Shown: positions 38,399-52,936 of the stretch, piece by piece
How positions within the stretch are numbered: position 1 is the stretch's first letter
How the letters are laid out: each line of letters opens with the position of its first letter
From: Lingula anatina
Lineage: Eukaryota; Animalia; Brachiopoda
Length of the DNA: 64,000 nucleotides
Reading direction: 5' to 3'
Assembly (NCBI GenBank): GCA_051362555.1
Contig: CM120642.1
Coordinates: 33,914,001 to 33,978,000 of the forward strand
The notes under the pieces: generated by a model
Database searches by the model: none
The model's input: only the letters and a program-made list of their open reading frames with translations
Told to the model about the DNA's origin: nothing
Translations under genes and position numbers: made by a program

Positions 38399-41300
38399 TC
38401 AATCATCATCATCGTCGTCATTTTTCTTCAATCTTTGTGTCCAATCATACGGCTTCCACCTATTTGCAAACTCCAAAACTTTCTTGCGCTGGTCCTCAAA
38501 GTTTTCTTTGAAAGGTTTGCGCCACATTCTGGGCTCTAAGTCCATCATCCCCCCTATGATTTCCTGGAATATGACTTGTGTTTGTAAGCTTTGAAGACGA
38601 ACTGAATGCTCTTAGTTAAAATTATCTCAAAATTGTTCATAATATAGAGTAAAATAAGTTTGAATTATAAGTGTTGTTCAGCTATATCAAAATAATAAGT
38701 ACCTGCACTGTTGAATGAAGGTTTGTATGTTATATTTAAATTCTAATACGAAATTGATGAGACAACCAAAGTTAAATCTGAAATAGACTTTTACCTGGCC
38801 AAAGTAAGATGGAAATGTTTGTTCATCTTCAATAACGTGAGCGAAGCCACCCTGCAGGCCAAAATTAACACTGAAATATGGGAACCCTTTTGGAACCTGG
38901 AAGATGAAGACAGGGTATGATGACAGCTAACATACACATCACACCAAATAGAAAAATTCTAGTGTTTTATTTCAGTTGTATCAGAAGCAGGCGTTAGGCT
39001 ATGTTATTGTTAATGTGCCCTACTACTATGTAGTAACTCGGATGTTAATAAAATACAAATATAATACTTTTTAACAGCAAACTTATTGACTAGTAATTTG
39101 TGAATAAATGTTGAAAATTCAGCTGCTTTCTTGAACTGTTTTGATACATATTTTGTTGCAATTTTGTGATTAAAGTCTACAAATGACCCCCCAAAACCAG
39201 CTGCTCACTAACTGCCTCTCTATAGGAACTTACCGCGTGTCTTATATCCTTCTGACTGAGGTCCACAAGTTTTTTGTTTTGAGCCCATTCTGGTCCTACT
39301 TCTTGGATGGCTTTCTGAAATGGATAAAAAAAAATGTGAAAATAAACCAACCAAAAAATACTTACACAAGGAGGGCCTCAACTGCATCTGACAGTCTGAC
39401 ATAAACTTTAGCAAAGCTGCCGTTACAGTCATTTTTGACCTGCTATGCTACAAAAATAATAAGCTGTGTTCTTTGGTTTGAAGGTAAAACAGACTTTGAA
39501 ATGTGTGACAATTAGCCCATCTGTGAAATACAATATGCTCACAAGCCGGTCAAGTAACTCAAAGGACAAAAATTCCAGGGCAAGTATGGAGAGTTCTGAC
39601 ATCAGTCAAATCCACTGGTGTCTGTGCTCAGTTCATATGTCACCAGAGGCCACTCAAGACAAGACACACCACATCCAAAGTGAACTAACCCAACACTAAG
39701 CTCATCACAGTACATTTCACAATCACTTGCTAACCTTGAAGTAGATTGGCGCCAGATCTCCCGTCTCTTTCGGCAGAGGAATGCAGTCAATGTGCATGTG
39801 TGGGTGCCGCCTCAGGTTCATAGATGTCTCCAAAAACATGACATCTTCATCACGATCCTCAAACATTTTGGTCAAACCTTTACGGAATATCTAGAAAGCA
39901 GAACAGTACAATACGTTTCTGAATACATCATCTTTGCTGCTTTTTACACAAATAATCACACAAGTTACTACAATATTTCAATGATTAAAAGTTACAAGTT
40001 CACCACAGACAGATGCAGATTTCTTTAAAGAGCTAAGATCTACAGAATAGAAAAGTGACCAACAGACTGGAGAAAGATGTCAAACCTGGCAGTACAGAAG
40101 ACCATGTTGCTTTAGTTTCTTATTGATGACTGTAAAGTATAAAGAGGTGAATGCTGTATTTGGATAATAATATCTGTCCAGCTACCGCATACAGGTCACA
40201 GCCTCCCACACAAAACTCCTGGACAACATAAGAGTTTATAACTATCTCATTTTACCTGTATCTCATTTCATACATCTTCATCTAACACAGTGGTCTACCA
40301 ACATAGAGTTTATAACTATTTTATTCTTACCTGTATCTCACTTCATACATCTTCATCTAACACAGTGGTCTAACAACATAGAGTTTATAACTATTTTATT
40401 CTTACCTGTATCTAACTTCATACATCTTCATCTAACACAGTGGTCTAACAACATAGAGTTAATAACTATTTTATTCTTACCTGTATCTCACTCCATACAT
40501 CTTCATCTAACACGGTGGTCTAACAACATAGAGTTTATAACTATCTCATTCTTACCTGTATCTCACTTCATACATCTTCATCTAACACAGTGGTCTAACA
40601 ACACAGAGTTTATAATTATCTCATTTTACCTGTATCTCACTCCACACAGCTTCATCTAACACAGTGGTCTAACAACATAGAGTTTATAACTATTTCATTC
40701 TTACCTGTATCTCACTTCATACATCTTCATCTAACACAGTGGTCTAACAACACAGAGTTTATAATTATCTCATTTTACCTGTATCTCACTCCACACAGCT
40801 TCATCTAACACAGTGGTCTAACAACATAGAGTTTATAACTATTTCATTCTTACCTGTATCTCACTTCATACATCTTCATCTAACACAGTGGTCTAACAAC
40901 ACAGAGTTTATAATTATCTCATTTTACCTGTATCTCACTCCACACAGCTTCATCTAACACAGTGGTCTAACAACACAGAGTTTATAACTATTTCATTCTT
41001 ACCTGTATCTCACTCCACACATCTTCATCTAACACAGTGGTCTTACAACATAGAGTTTATAACTATTTCATTCTTACCTGTATCTCACTCCACACATCTT
41101 CATCCAGAACTGTGGCCTGGCTGACGTGTGACATCGGAACAATTTGACAGTGACCTGTCGTCAGAGACTGGTGATTAGGCAAACACAAGTACACCTGTGG
41201 GGAGAAAAGGCTGAATTTTATTTTTAAACACGAATGATTTTAACATGTCATTAAATATAACAGTAAAAATCAAAGGGATACTCCAAGAGGGACAGGGTAG

Positions 41301-44300
41301 CCTTGTTTCTGGTGTAGAAAAACCCTGGTCCTGTGGACGTTTTTTTTTTAATCTAAAAACCTCACAACTTTGATAGTCACTTTTATTCTTACTTCCAAAT
41401 AAGATTTTAAAATCAGCAACTCAAAACTGTGAAAAGCAAACAAATGTAGAATTGAATAGAATTAAATCTGTGTGTTACCTTGATTCCAATTGCTATAATG
41501 AGATGTTTCGGTACTTTGTCAAAACAGAACTGGCACCTGCTCATTGTTTCTGCCAGACGGCGATTCTCTGTAAAAAATGAGTAAATATCTGGTCTAGCGA
41601 CAACTTTTATACTGGCAACTTGACAATATTTAAAGGGATAATAACTCTTCGTATGAAATCTGTATTTCACAATAAAAACATTGTGAGTGACTCATAAAAA
41701 TATAATATATTCTGTTTTCCCACAAAAACAGCTGTTATAGCTATTATTCTGATATCTGAGCTTGTCTTTAGACCACGTGACCTCCATTGATGGCTATACT
41801 CTGTTAAAATCTCTTAAGAGATTTTAACAAAAAACCAAACTTTTTAGAAAAAAACCAGGGACTAACTTTGAATGTAAAAATGGATTCATTAACCATTGGT
41901 AAGTATGGGAAAATTGTTGTTTACTCCAGGAAAATTCATTTTTTGGCCGAAACGAAGAGTTATTATCCCTTTAATCTAATATCTCCATCTTTTAACAGAA
42001 TCTGTCATTTTAAGCTAAGTAAACAAAATAAAACTTATTTTCAGTTCTTAAACATGGACTTAAATATCAGAAAGATTAACATAAAAGCAGTTACCAAGAA
42101 TGGAAATATTTCTCTCCCTCTCCTCGGCTTTGGCTTCTGACTCCACCTTGTTTGCTCTTCCAACAAAAACATCATCAATTTGATACTCGTCATCTGTACG
42201 CTCAATGGACTGAAATTAGAAGAAAACATTTAAACAATTTTTATTAGAAAGTGTTTAAATACAGAAACTTCTTACAACTCTTCTAGACTACCATTCATGT
42301 TATTACTTACACATTATGAATTACTGACAAATCAGAAGTCATGGTAAAACAGTGAGTCTGCTTTATTACAAAAAATAAAGTATTTTGTCTGGGTTTAACA
42401 AGCATGATATCTAGATGTGTAATATATCATATAACACACATGATATCTAGATGTGTAATATATCATATAACACACATGATATCTAGATGTGTAATATATC
42501 ATATAACACACATGATATCTAGATGTGTAATATATCATATAACACACATGATATCTAGATGTGTAATATATCATATAACACACATATCTAGATGTGTAAT
42601 ATATCATATAACACACATGATATCTAGATGTGTAATATATCATATAACACACATGATATCTAGATGTGTAATATATCATATAACACACATGATATCTAGA
42701 TGTGTAATATATCATATAACACACATGATATCTAGATGTGTGGTATATCATATAACACACATATCTAGATGTGTAATATATCATATATCACACATTTTCT
42801 AAATGTTTAACATAACATCAGACACTAACCCTTCCTGCCAGACGTGCAAACATCAACTTGTCATCCTCTGCAGTGCCCAGTTTTTCCCTCTTCACCTTTA
42901 AAATACAAAGATGGTTTGAGGATAATACCGATGCTTTGAAAACATATTTCTACACCTCCAATATTCTAAGACTAGCAATCCTTGTGTAAGTATACAGTGG
43001 AACCTGTGTTAGCTCTTCTATGTGAATCCAATAATGGCAGATATGAGAGCGATACTTTTTTAGAGAGTAAACAGAGTCAAACAACTCGATCTAAGCTACT
43101 GTATGACAATGCCACATTATTTCCTCAAGAGGTTGAATTTTTGCCTGGTAAAATATGTAAATAAAGTGTGACTTACCAGAGTTTTGAGGTCATACTTGTC
43201 ATCATCTGCAAAATATCTTTCTCTCTCCCCAGATTTATCATGGGTGGCCATCTGGAAATGAAGAGAAAATGGAGGAGTTTCATAATAAAACAAAGTGTTG
43301 TCTCAAAAACAGCATATTGAATATTTTTATTCAAACAAAGCATTCTGATTAAACACCTAGGATTTTCTGACAATTGAATGACTGTGTTGGTAAGTTTGTA
43401 ATGGAAAGGCCTTTTAGTTAACTAGTTTGAAAAAATATGTAGGATCAAGGTTAGAAATGTCAAATGATGAGTCAAGCCAACCAAGGTTTCTTTAGTGGTA
43501 TTTTAATTATAATTTCAATAAGTTTAAAACAATTTAGCTTGTTAATTTAGCTGATATAAAACAATATCTATTTCTAATATCTTGGTGCTGTCTGAACTTC
43601 TGACTTACTTTCTGTTTCTTCCTCCTCTTTCCTTTGCCTTCAGGTTCATGTTGTCTCTCATCAATAGGTCTTACCATGCCAGACCTGTCTGTTCTAGTTA
43701 AAACAACTACATTATCTTCCTCTCCCTGTTCCTCTCCCCTAGACTTCACTGGACCACTCCTGGCTTGAAGCTCTTTAGCAGCACGAGATGCCTCCATCTT
43801 TTCTTTGATTTGGTCAGCCAACTCCTGTGCATGAAAAATCAAATATTTATCACGAATAAAAATTTAATAAAGTAATAATAATAATAATTTGAAAAATAAT
43901 TATTTCACACATAACAAAATCTATGTGACAATGCCTATGATGAATGAGTAATTCAATTTTCAAGAAATATAATATATAAATTTCATGAAATATAAGAGCA
44001 TTGTGGCCAGTCAATATGGCCTCCTCAGTTCTCTTATTGTACCTGGTTCCCCATGAGTTCTGCCTTCAGTAACTTGGCTCCTAACTCATTCATCTGCTGT
44101 TCTGTGAGGATTTCTACACGAGGAGCAGGAGGAGGAGGGGAGCAGGACTTCTCCCTTGGAACCTCTTCCTCAGACTCTGACTCAGAACTGGAAGACGCAC
44201 TAGAGGAACTTGATTCTGGAAATAGGTAGGGTTATGTGAATATAAGAATAGTAGATATAACTGCATATCTTCTACTACCAACTTACTTTACTAAGTCATG

Positions 44301-47300
44301 ATCCAAAAAGATTTTTTCAATTTTAAAATCGTACTGAGTAATATATCTAAGCACAATTAACCGTATCAGAAACAATTAAAAGTACTGATCAAAGCATGAG
44401 CAAGCTACAATTCACAACCACTGATGCTCACCTGAAGGTGAAGGACTTCTCTTTTTCTCCCTCTTAGATTCTTGATTTTTTTCCTTCTTCCAACTTGGTG
44501 CTTTACTGCTTACATCTTTTTCACTAACAACTGATGGTCCTTCTCCTGGTTTCTGGAATTCCCTCTTCCTCCAATTTGATTCACCAGATTTTCTATATCC
44601 TCCTCTGTCATTTGACTCCGATGATGATTCTCCAGGTTTTAAAAACCTTTTTCTGTCGCGATCTAAACTTCTTTCACTTTCATTTGATCTTGAGTTCAAG
44701 TCTCCAGGTTTCATAAACCGTCCTTTCAGTCTACTGGAACCTGCTTCTCTTGAATCTCTGCTGTAAGGAGATCTGGATCTACTTTTTCTCCTGTCCTTAC
44801 ATCTGTCCCTATCCCTATCTCTCTCCCTTTCTCTGTCTCTATATCCATCTCTGTCTCTATCCCTTTCCCTTTCTCTGTCTCTTTCCCTTTCTCTATCCCT
44901 ATCCCTGTTTCTATCCCTATATCTGTCTCTATCTCTGTCTCTGTAGGTATCTCTCTCCCTGTCTGTTTCTCTGTCTCTTGCATTCTTTTCTTCATCTCTT
45001 TTACTTTTTTCTAATTCTTTCTCTGCTTCAGCTATCATACGTTGAAGCTTTTTCAATGACTGAAACATACAAAATAAAATGTATGTATCTAAAAATAAAA
45101 TTTTTATTTTTTAATATAAAAAGCATATTTCATTGGACACGGTTTACTATTGGCCACTTCTTATAAAATACACTGGATCTTAAGGAAAATAACGTAAGAT
45201 AAAAGCTTCTGAAACCATACAGCAGGTGATCAAAATATTAACCATGGGTAAATGTTAAAATGTGGAAGCTGGTAAATGAAATCTCAATCATTTTCACATA
45301 AATATATGAACATCAGTTTGTCTGTTAACATTCAGAAGCTCTTGGGCTGAACCAAAGCTGGCTCAAAGTGAACCACCCCTGTGGCAGCTGTTGTGTACCC
45401 CATATCTCTCTGCTGCCAGTTCTTCCAGTGGTCTTCCCTCCTCCTCTGCCTGCTCCACACATCTCTGGTACGCCTTCTTAAGCCACGCTACGCCACCAGC
45501 ACCTAGAAATATAACCAAACACCAACTTACACTGGGGTGTCTATCACACAAGGGACAATAAATCAACACCCTTTTGTGTGTGTGTGTTTTTGCGTGTGTG
45601 CATGCATGCATGCGTGTGTGTGTGACCATATTTACCAAGCACAGGAGTTACGGCAGATTCTGTCTTCTTCTTTGTCTTCTCTGGTGCCTCCTCTGGTAGT
45701 CCTGAACCGCCATCTTTCCAGTACGGGTTCAACTCCCGGCTGTGTTGTCCAGGCTGAACAGGGGAAGAATAGGATGAAAATGTCATTAAACTACACCAAA
45801 ATATGATAACAATGTAACATGACAGGATATTACTTCTATTTCAACCTTCGTTTTGAAAAAAAAATTACATTTCTTTTTAGTTCTTTTGGACAATTAGTTA
45901 CAGTATATTTACAGTACATCAGAGATAAAATGACCTTTGAATACCCTAAATCACAACTGCCCAGGAATAAGACATTGCTTTACTTAATTTAAAAAATGTA
46001 TGAGATGAAGAACAAAATTCTTTAACTTTTCATCTACACAAAATCTATCAAAATTACCAGCAAAATAAATACATGTAATTTAAGAAGTGTTTTGAGATCA
46101 TATGTAAGTCTGTGACACACCTGGTCCAGGTAGCTAACAGGTATCTGCTCTTCTTTCTCCTTTTTTATCTGCTCTCGCAGCTGTTCTCTGGATGTGGTGG
46201 GGATGAAAGAAAAATCTTCACTCATCCAATTATCTCTCTGTAAGAATAAAATATAAAATAAACACATGTCATTTGAATATATTTCTTTACAAACTTGCAA
46301 AATAACTTCCACTGACATTATCTGGTAGATTTCTACTTCTTCACCAAAGAGACTAATACAAAAAGACTACCAAAAAAGGAGACCAATTATAAAATTCAAA
46401 TATAAAGTCCAGTTTAACAGTATGCTGATAACCCCTTTTGGCACCATATTATACAATATGTTTACAGTGATCATTAATGGTAATAACTCCAGGCACCTGT
46501 AAACTTGGACCTTTTATTGTGCTGCTGTCTACAGCTAGAGACAGCTGTGAGCTTGCTGCAGTTTTTTCAATCCATTTTGGTTCATCATCAGAATCCTAAA
46601 TAATACATAAATTTCATTTATGCATTGAAAATAAAATCAATTTAAAATATTTTGCATCTTTATTACTTCCTTTATACTTCAAATTATCAGAAATTATCTA
46701 AAGTTGCATATTAAGCTATTAATACTTGTAGACATGTCAAATCATTGTCACTACATTATTTCCTTTCATTATAAATTTCAATACAATCTAGGGGACAGAC
46801 AAATTCATGACTTGATATTTGCATTTTAAAAGTGTAAATTTGTGATATTTTTGGGGCCTGTGGATTTTACTTGAGTTGTGACAGAAACTGGAGGTAGTAA
46901 TTTGAATCATGCACTGAACACAGCTGTGCTCTCACTTTGTATGTATCTTTTATTTTGTGACTTAAAGTAGCTATCTTGATTACCAAAAATCACATGCTAG
47001 CGCTAGCCAAGACAAACGAATTTCATTGAAAGGAAAATAATAAAATTCAATTACCGAATCACTGTCTGAATCACTGGCTTCTTTTTTCTTTTTCTTCTTT
47101 TTCTTTTCTTTTCTGTGTTTCTTCTTTTTTTCTTTCTTTGTCTTCTTTGACTTTGCTTTCTCTAAATCCTAGAACACCAATGTCATTGAAATAATAAAAC
47201 TGATTTCAACAATTTACTCGCAATAAAAAAGCTAATGCCTTTATATCTGACATATATGGAGCTACAACTTGAAGAATACTTTGGGTGTTGTATAAAACTT

Positions 47301-48117
47301 GCATGTGTTAAAGCAGTTATATTAAAAATTTATTATTACCACTTTCATATACCAAGTTGAAATACTTTATGTAAAAAAGTAACAAAGGCACACATAATTA
47401 ACAGAAACTTAATGTTAAATACCACTAGTTTTTCTATATTATAAAGATATTTATTTCTTACCTTCTGTTCCTGATCTATTCTATCACTCAATGCTGGAAG
47501 CATCCAGGTGTCCTCACCACGAAGCTTGGCCTGTTCCTTTTTTAGCTGTTCTCTCTCATATTGGTCTTTTGCCTGAAAGAATAGCAGCAATTAAGAGAAA
47601 AAAAAATATATAGAACATAAAATAATTTGTGTAAAAAAGTTAAAATTAATAATGCATGCAGTAACTTATATAACGCTGGATGTGAAAGGGCTTAGTTTTC
47701 ACGACTCAGACTCTCAGTAGTACAGTACAAAACTTGGTCAACTTGTTCTTCTATAAGGTAGTGCCTCTGTTCACTTTTTGAAAGTTTATGAGAGCCCGAA
47801 ATAACACTCTAGCATTTATATTTGTCTCCTGTTTATGCTAGCACAATATTGAATGTAAAAAAGTAAATAAGAGTGTTAGAGAATAGGGGAACTCTGGTCC
47901 AGTTTTTGTGACGTTCATCAAGCAGCGTCGACGGATGTTTGTTTAAAGGTGAGTATAACGAGAAACAGGGGAATTTTCTCTGGGACATAATCGCTTATTA
48001 CCAATTAATTGTATTTGCACGTTTTACCTTTTCTAGTATTTTTTCTCTCGCTTGTCTTATATTTTCCCTCTCTGCCTTTTTCTTCCACGACGATTCGAAT
48101 GCTATGGGCGCAGCCAT
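38399..48117 (-). CDS. CWF19L2: CWF19-like protein 2 (CwfJ domains)
   Basis: ~19 exons from MAAPIAFES (48117) to ..[19 protein letters not shown] (38399). Motifs [82 protein letters not shown] and GGFAHVIED. Confidence 0.93.
40225..41115 (-). repeat. 74-75-bp tandem array duplicating a CWF19L2 exon end and its 5' splice site (11 extra copies)
   Basis: Minus-strand unit ACCACTGTGTTAGATGAAGATGT(A/G)TG(A/G)AGTGAGATACAG|GTAAGA..TTGTTAG. The genuine donor is at 41077/41078. Confidence 0.93.
41634..41970. mobile_element. MITE with TTAA TSD (Kolobok-like)
   Basis: TIR AGGGATAATAACTCTTCGT flanked by TTAA on both sides, in a CWF19L2 intron. Confidence 0.75.
42400..42795. repeat. 36-bp (some 33-bp) intronic minisatellite, ~11 copies
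   Basis: Unit ATATCTAGATGTGTAATATATCATATAACACACATG. Confidence 0.95.
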
Positions 48118-48343
48118 TTTTAAACTAAGAATCCCATGACGGCATTTTACGACATCAGTCTTTTCTTATTTCTGGAGATGCTCTTATTAGATATATATTT
48201 TAAGATAAAAAGCATACTCAAGTTCTCAAATGACCATTAATTTTTAGTACTAATCATTCAATTTGATCAGAATACAAAGTAAATACGAAGACCGTCAATA
48301 GATTCTATTGTCGTTATAGCTTCATTGGAAAAAGAATGAGAGA
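48118..48343. promoter_or_regulatory. Bidirectional promoter between CWF19L2 and MSL3
   Basis: Divergent start codons only 226 bp apart; a YY1-like AAAATGGC overlaps the CWF19L2 ATG. Confidence 0.7.
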
Positions 48344-51300
48344 ATGTCGATGCGAGGTGTGAAATTTGCTTTTGAAGAAGACGAGAAGGTCCTTTGTTTT
48401 GAGCCAGACCCAAGCAAGGCTAGGGTTCTGTATGATGCGAAGGTAATGCATACATGTTCTCCAACCTACAAAGGCACTTGGGTTTTTGTTGATTTATTTA
48501 TTGAGGAACGTGTGGCGTGTTTTCTCCTGGCTGTTCTCTGTGTTTACCTCAGATTTCAGCCTCGCATGCTGAACAGGTAAGGCTTCATAACACCCTGTGT
48601 TACCACCGCCTCAAAACTTAGGGAACTGTGTGTCTTCCGTCGCACTTTGAAGTATATCATTCGCAAATAAAGTCATTTTCACGAGCCAGTTTGATACAGT
48701 TTTACTCTTTTTATTGTAGCTATGTATGCAGCAGTGTTAGCACTTACGCGTGCCATTTGTCAGTGACGCCACTTGGGAGTGCCAAACACAGAGTTTTATG
48801 AAACCTTATCTGAATAGCATGAGAGGCTGAATATTGAAGCAATATCTCTGTTGGACTCAAATTCAATGCATATTTTCCCACCATGTTAGTTTTGCATACA
48901 GCCAAGTTATATCCAATATTATTATAATTTATGTATAATTAAAATTATGAAATTTTTGACATATGTGACAGGTTTTGGAAGTTACCACACGTAAGAGGAG
49001 CAATGGTCAGAAAGGGCCTGGGTACCTGGTGCATTTCAGTGGCTGGAATAGCAGGTAGGTGCTCCCAAATCCTGCATGGCACTCTTTAATTCTGGAAATG
49101 GGTCTACTTCACACATCTCCTGCATGGCTGTCTTTAATTTGGGACATGGGTCTGAAAAGATGGTAATTTTTTTCTCCAACTGTTATCTGTTTAAGATCTT
49201 CAGTATTTGCTACTGTATTTGTTAAAGTATTGTCCACTAATTGCCTGTCTCTTTGTTATTCTTTAGCTGGGACAGGGTAGTAAAAGAAGACTTCATTCTC
49301 AAGAACACGGAAGACAACAGGAAGTTGATGAAGCGTCTGGCTGCCATTGCCAGGCAAATGTAAGAACTGTGTGTGATGTTTAAAAGTTATGCAAAAAGTT
49401 CTTAAAGATGTGTGTCTTGAATTTGAAGTACAGGATTTTGTGTTGTACTGGTATCTCTTCTTTTATGAAATTGATTAAGAAGTGGATGAACTTGTATGTA
49501 CTAAGTGGAAATTGGGACAAATTGTTTTCTGTAACATTTTTCTCAAGATTCACTTGTGCTACATGTTCATAGACAATGATATGAAACCAGTTAACTACCT
49601 TTAATTCAACATTCCAATAATATTTAAATCATTGCATTATGTCTTCATTTTCAGTCGCAAGAACCGTGTCAGAAAGAAGAGAATTGACGAGATACTGAGG
49701 CAGGTACTGAAGAGACGTCCCAGGTACGACAGCGAGGAGGAGACCTCAGAGGAGGATGAATGTGAGGATGTTGGTGAGGAGGAGGAGACAACTGGGGAGG
49801 AAGAGGAGGATACGGAAAGAGAGGAGGGGGAGGATTCGACACAGGAGTCGGGGGTAACTCATCCTTGGACTGGAGCTTTTCTTTGATGTACATTATTTCC
49901 CATTTTCTTTTGTGAATTATCACTTGATCAGAAATGCCTTTAGAGCAATTAAATGTATAAGAAGGATCACTAATCATTGTCTAAATTGGTTTTTGCTTAT
50001 GATAAACATAAGCTTTGAACATGGATATGACCTTATATGACCTTACTTTTCTTAATCACTTATATTTCCCCCAGCAGAGTGAAGATGAAAGCACTGTGGA
50101 GGGAGGAGAGACTGAAGACAACACTCAGCCTGAGGTATGTGATCTTTATGGCTAACTTGTTATAACACAGTGTGGGATCTGTAATGGTAGGCACATTAGT
50201 TTCCTTTTCTCAGACATATACACACAACAAGAGTACTGTTCAAATATTTCAAAGGTGTTCAACAATTTATCGTTGCTTCGTGACCCTACAGCCCAGCTTC
50301 GTGACCCTACAGCCCAGCAAAACTGCAGTCATTGAAAAATTGGAAACTCTGCTAATATCAGTTAAAAGAAGAAAATTTAATGATTTTTTTTTTGTCTGCC
50401 AGCCTGTTATTTTTATGTCCATTGTTTGACACAGAACATGCGTAGATATGAGCAAACCAGTATAGTGTTTCTTGTGAATTAATAACATTTATTTATTGTT
50501 AAAGTTTATCATTTTAGGAGATTGCAGTAACAGAAGTGGAACTTGAAATACCAGATCCACTGAAGAGCCAACTTGAAAATGACTTTCATTTCATAAATAG
50601 AAAGAAAAAGGTAAACTGGTGTTTTTGCAGGTTTAACATTAAAGATGGGTCAGCTTTTTTATAATCCAGGGCATCAGATTAGGGCTCATTTCTCACAGGT
50701 AATCTTTTTTGTTCTCTAGGGTTTATTGTGTGGCTATAGTAATATATTTGTCCAATCTTGATCGAGTGTTTTGCAGATGAAATTCCTGTATGACTGTTGG
50801 TGTTATTATCTTTCAGTTGGTCCATTTACCTGCTGAGCCCAATGTGGTCAGTCTTCTGGAGAGTTATGTCAAGAATTATGCAATCAACCTGCTTTGTTCC
50901 ACTCCTCATAAAGCAGCCAGACACGGACATACAGAATGGTAACTTACTGGCTGGCTTGAAAACTTAAGTAATTAAAATCAAGCAGGTCTTAAATTGTGCA
51001 ATGATCTGGAATATGACTGGGGATTATGATGTTTAAAACTTGACAACTATGAACTTGCAGTTTGCTTTTAATTCAGTAGAAGTGAAGTCTCAGTATTAAA
51101 TAGCTGTACTCATTTACAGTTTTATTTTAGAGAGCTTGAAATTGTCCACTAGTTTCCTTCCAACTTTGTTTTTTGAGAGTTTAGATGAGATGTGATGTTT
51201 TTAACAGAAAAATGAAAATATAGAATGTTATATAGTACAAATGCTCTCAACCAAAAATTGAATGGCTCATTATCATAGTATTTCCTCAAAGTGTAGTCTC

Positions 51301-52936
51301 AATGAATTGAATTTCACCGTTCTCCAACTTCAGTGTTAATCTGTGCAAGGAGGTAGTTGAAGGTTTGAGGATCTGCTTTGATTTTACCCTCCCCACCATA
51401 TTACTTTACAACCTGGAGAGAGAACAGTATGAGAAGGTAGTCAACAATTATAAACCACTCATGTCTACCAAGAAAGAAAAGTAAGCAGATGTTTAATACT
51501 GACATTGTTTATAAGCTTGGTATTGCACTAATAATTTGAACTTTATCAGAAATGGACAACTGTTGCCTCTGGAAGAGATGGCAATTCATATTAGATTTAA
51601 TATAAGAATTAGAAAAAGTTTCCCTCTAGAATTTCTCTGATCAAATATGTAGTGCCTGAATTTGATAATTTGGAACCTTTTCAAGTATTTTCACAAGACT
51701 TTATGTAAATTCATACCATAATTAATTGCTTGTACATTTATCTGTGTTATTTGAGAGTTGTCAGTAAGCATTCAGTGTGATGATTCTGTTTTCAGGACAG
51801 AGTGTCAGAAGTTGGCCCCCCTCCATTCTCCAACAAGATGTACCAGATCAGGAAGAGGGTCAGTGCCAAATTCTCCCTCATTTCATGAGTCCCCTCCGTC
51901 AAAAGTTGCAAAGTTCACAGCATTAGAAAAAGAAAAGGAAAAAGAACATTTTAACGTTAAACAAGAGAAAGATGTCCCAACTCCTAGAAGGCTCACTAGA
52001 GGTCGCTTAAATGCAGCAGATGCTACAAGACTCTCTGGGGACTCAAATAAGAGTGAAAAAATGCCTGACTTGACACTTGAAGATAAAGGGGTCACAGAAC
52101 CTAAACGCAGGGGGTCCTTGCGATCCAGTCATCGAGTGGCAGCACTGAGCGAAGCAGAGACTGTGCCAGTAGGACGAGCAACTCCCCCTCCACCGTTACT
52201 CATTCCAAATTCTATCTCCACAAATGCCAGTTCCTCCTCCTCTTCTGGAAGTGGAAGTTCTAAACTGAAACATGCTGGAGGACGGAAGACTCCGCCAGAC
52301 AGAGAGGCCGTCTTGAATGAAGTCTTGACTTGGAAACTTGTTCCGCCAGAGATTTTCACACAAACACCAGTGGCTCCCTCTGCTGTCTATGGGGCACACC
52401 ACCTGTTACGGTTATTTGGTGAGAATTAAGGATTTATAAATAGTAAACATTAGAAATGAAATGTGCATAACAAAGCATATAGACACAATGGGTGAGATTT
52501 AACGAGAAATTATATGAAAAGGCTGTTTAGTTTGCAGTATAGAAGACGGATACATATTTTAAACCCACATTAAAAACAACTTTTATTTTTTAATTTCAGT
52601 AAAACTTCCAGACCTTTTGTGTAAGATGGGCATCCCCGAGAGGAAAATGAATTTTCTTTTAAAGCACTTGGGGCTATTTTTAGAGTGAGTATACTGTAAA
52701 CAAAATTCATTTTTGAATAAGATCAGTAATTTGTATTGATAGCCAAATCCTTATGTAATGATTAAATTCTGGAGAAAAATATTTTTTAAAGCTCTTTATG
52801 TTTCTTGTATGTTTTTATTATTACTTTCCTTCACATTTCCAGTTACATGAATGCTAAGCGAGAAGAATTCTTTCCTCATTGTGTATATGTTGATGAAGAC
52901 ACCAGTAGTAATACAAGAAACACATCTAAGAGGTAG
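48344..52936 (+). CDS. MSL3: Male-specific lethal 3 homolog (chromo-barrel plus MRG domain)
   Basis: ~11 exons. [96 protein letters not shown] and [18 protein letters not shown]. Stop TAG at 52934-52936. Confidence 0.93.
48553..48832. mobile_element. MITE in MSL3 intron 1
   Basis: ~45-bp imperfect inverted repeats: TTCAGCCTCGCATGCTGAACAGGTAAGGCTTCATAA and TTATGAAACCTTATCTGAATAGCATGAGAGGCTGAA. Confidence 0.65.

Noticed and set aside
42395-42802. Repetitive ORFs on both strands
   Set aside because: Translations of a 36-bp intronic minisatellite.
44726-45166. Alternative-frame ORFs over the RD/RE-rich region
   Set aside because: Low-complexity shadows of a CWF19L2 exon.
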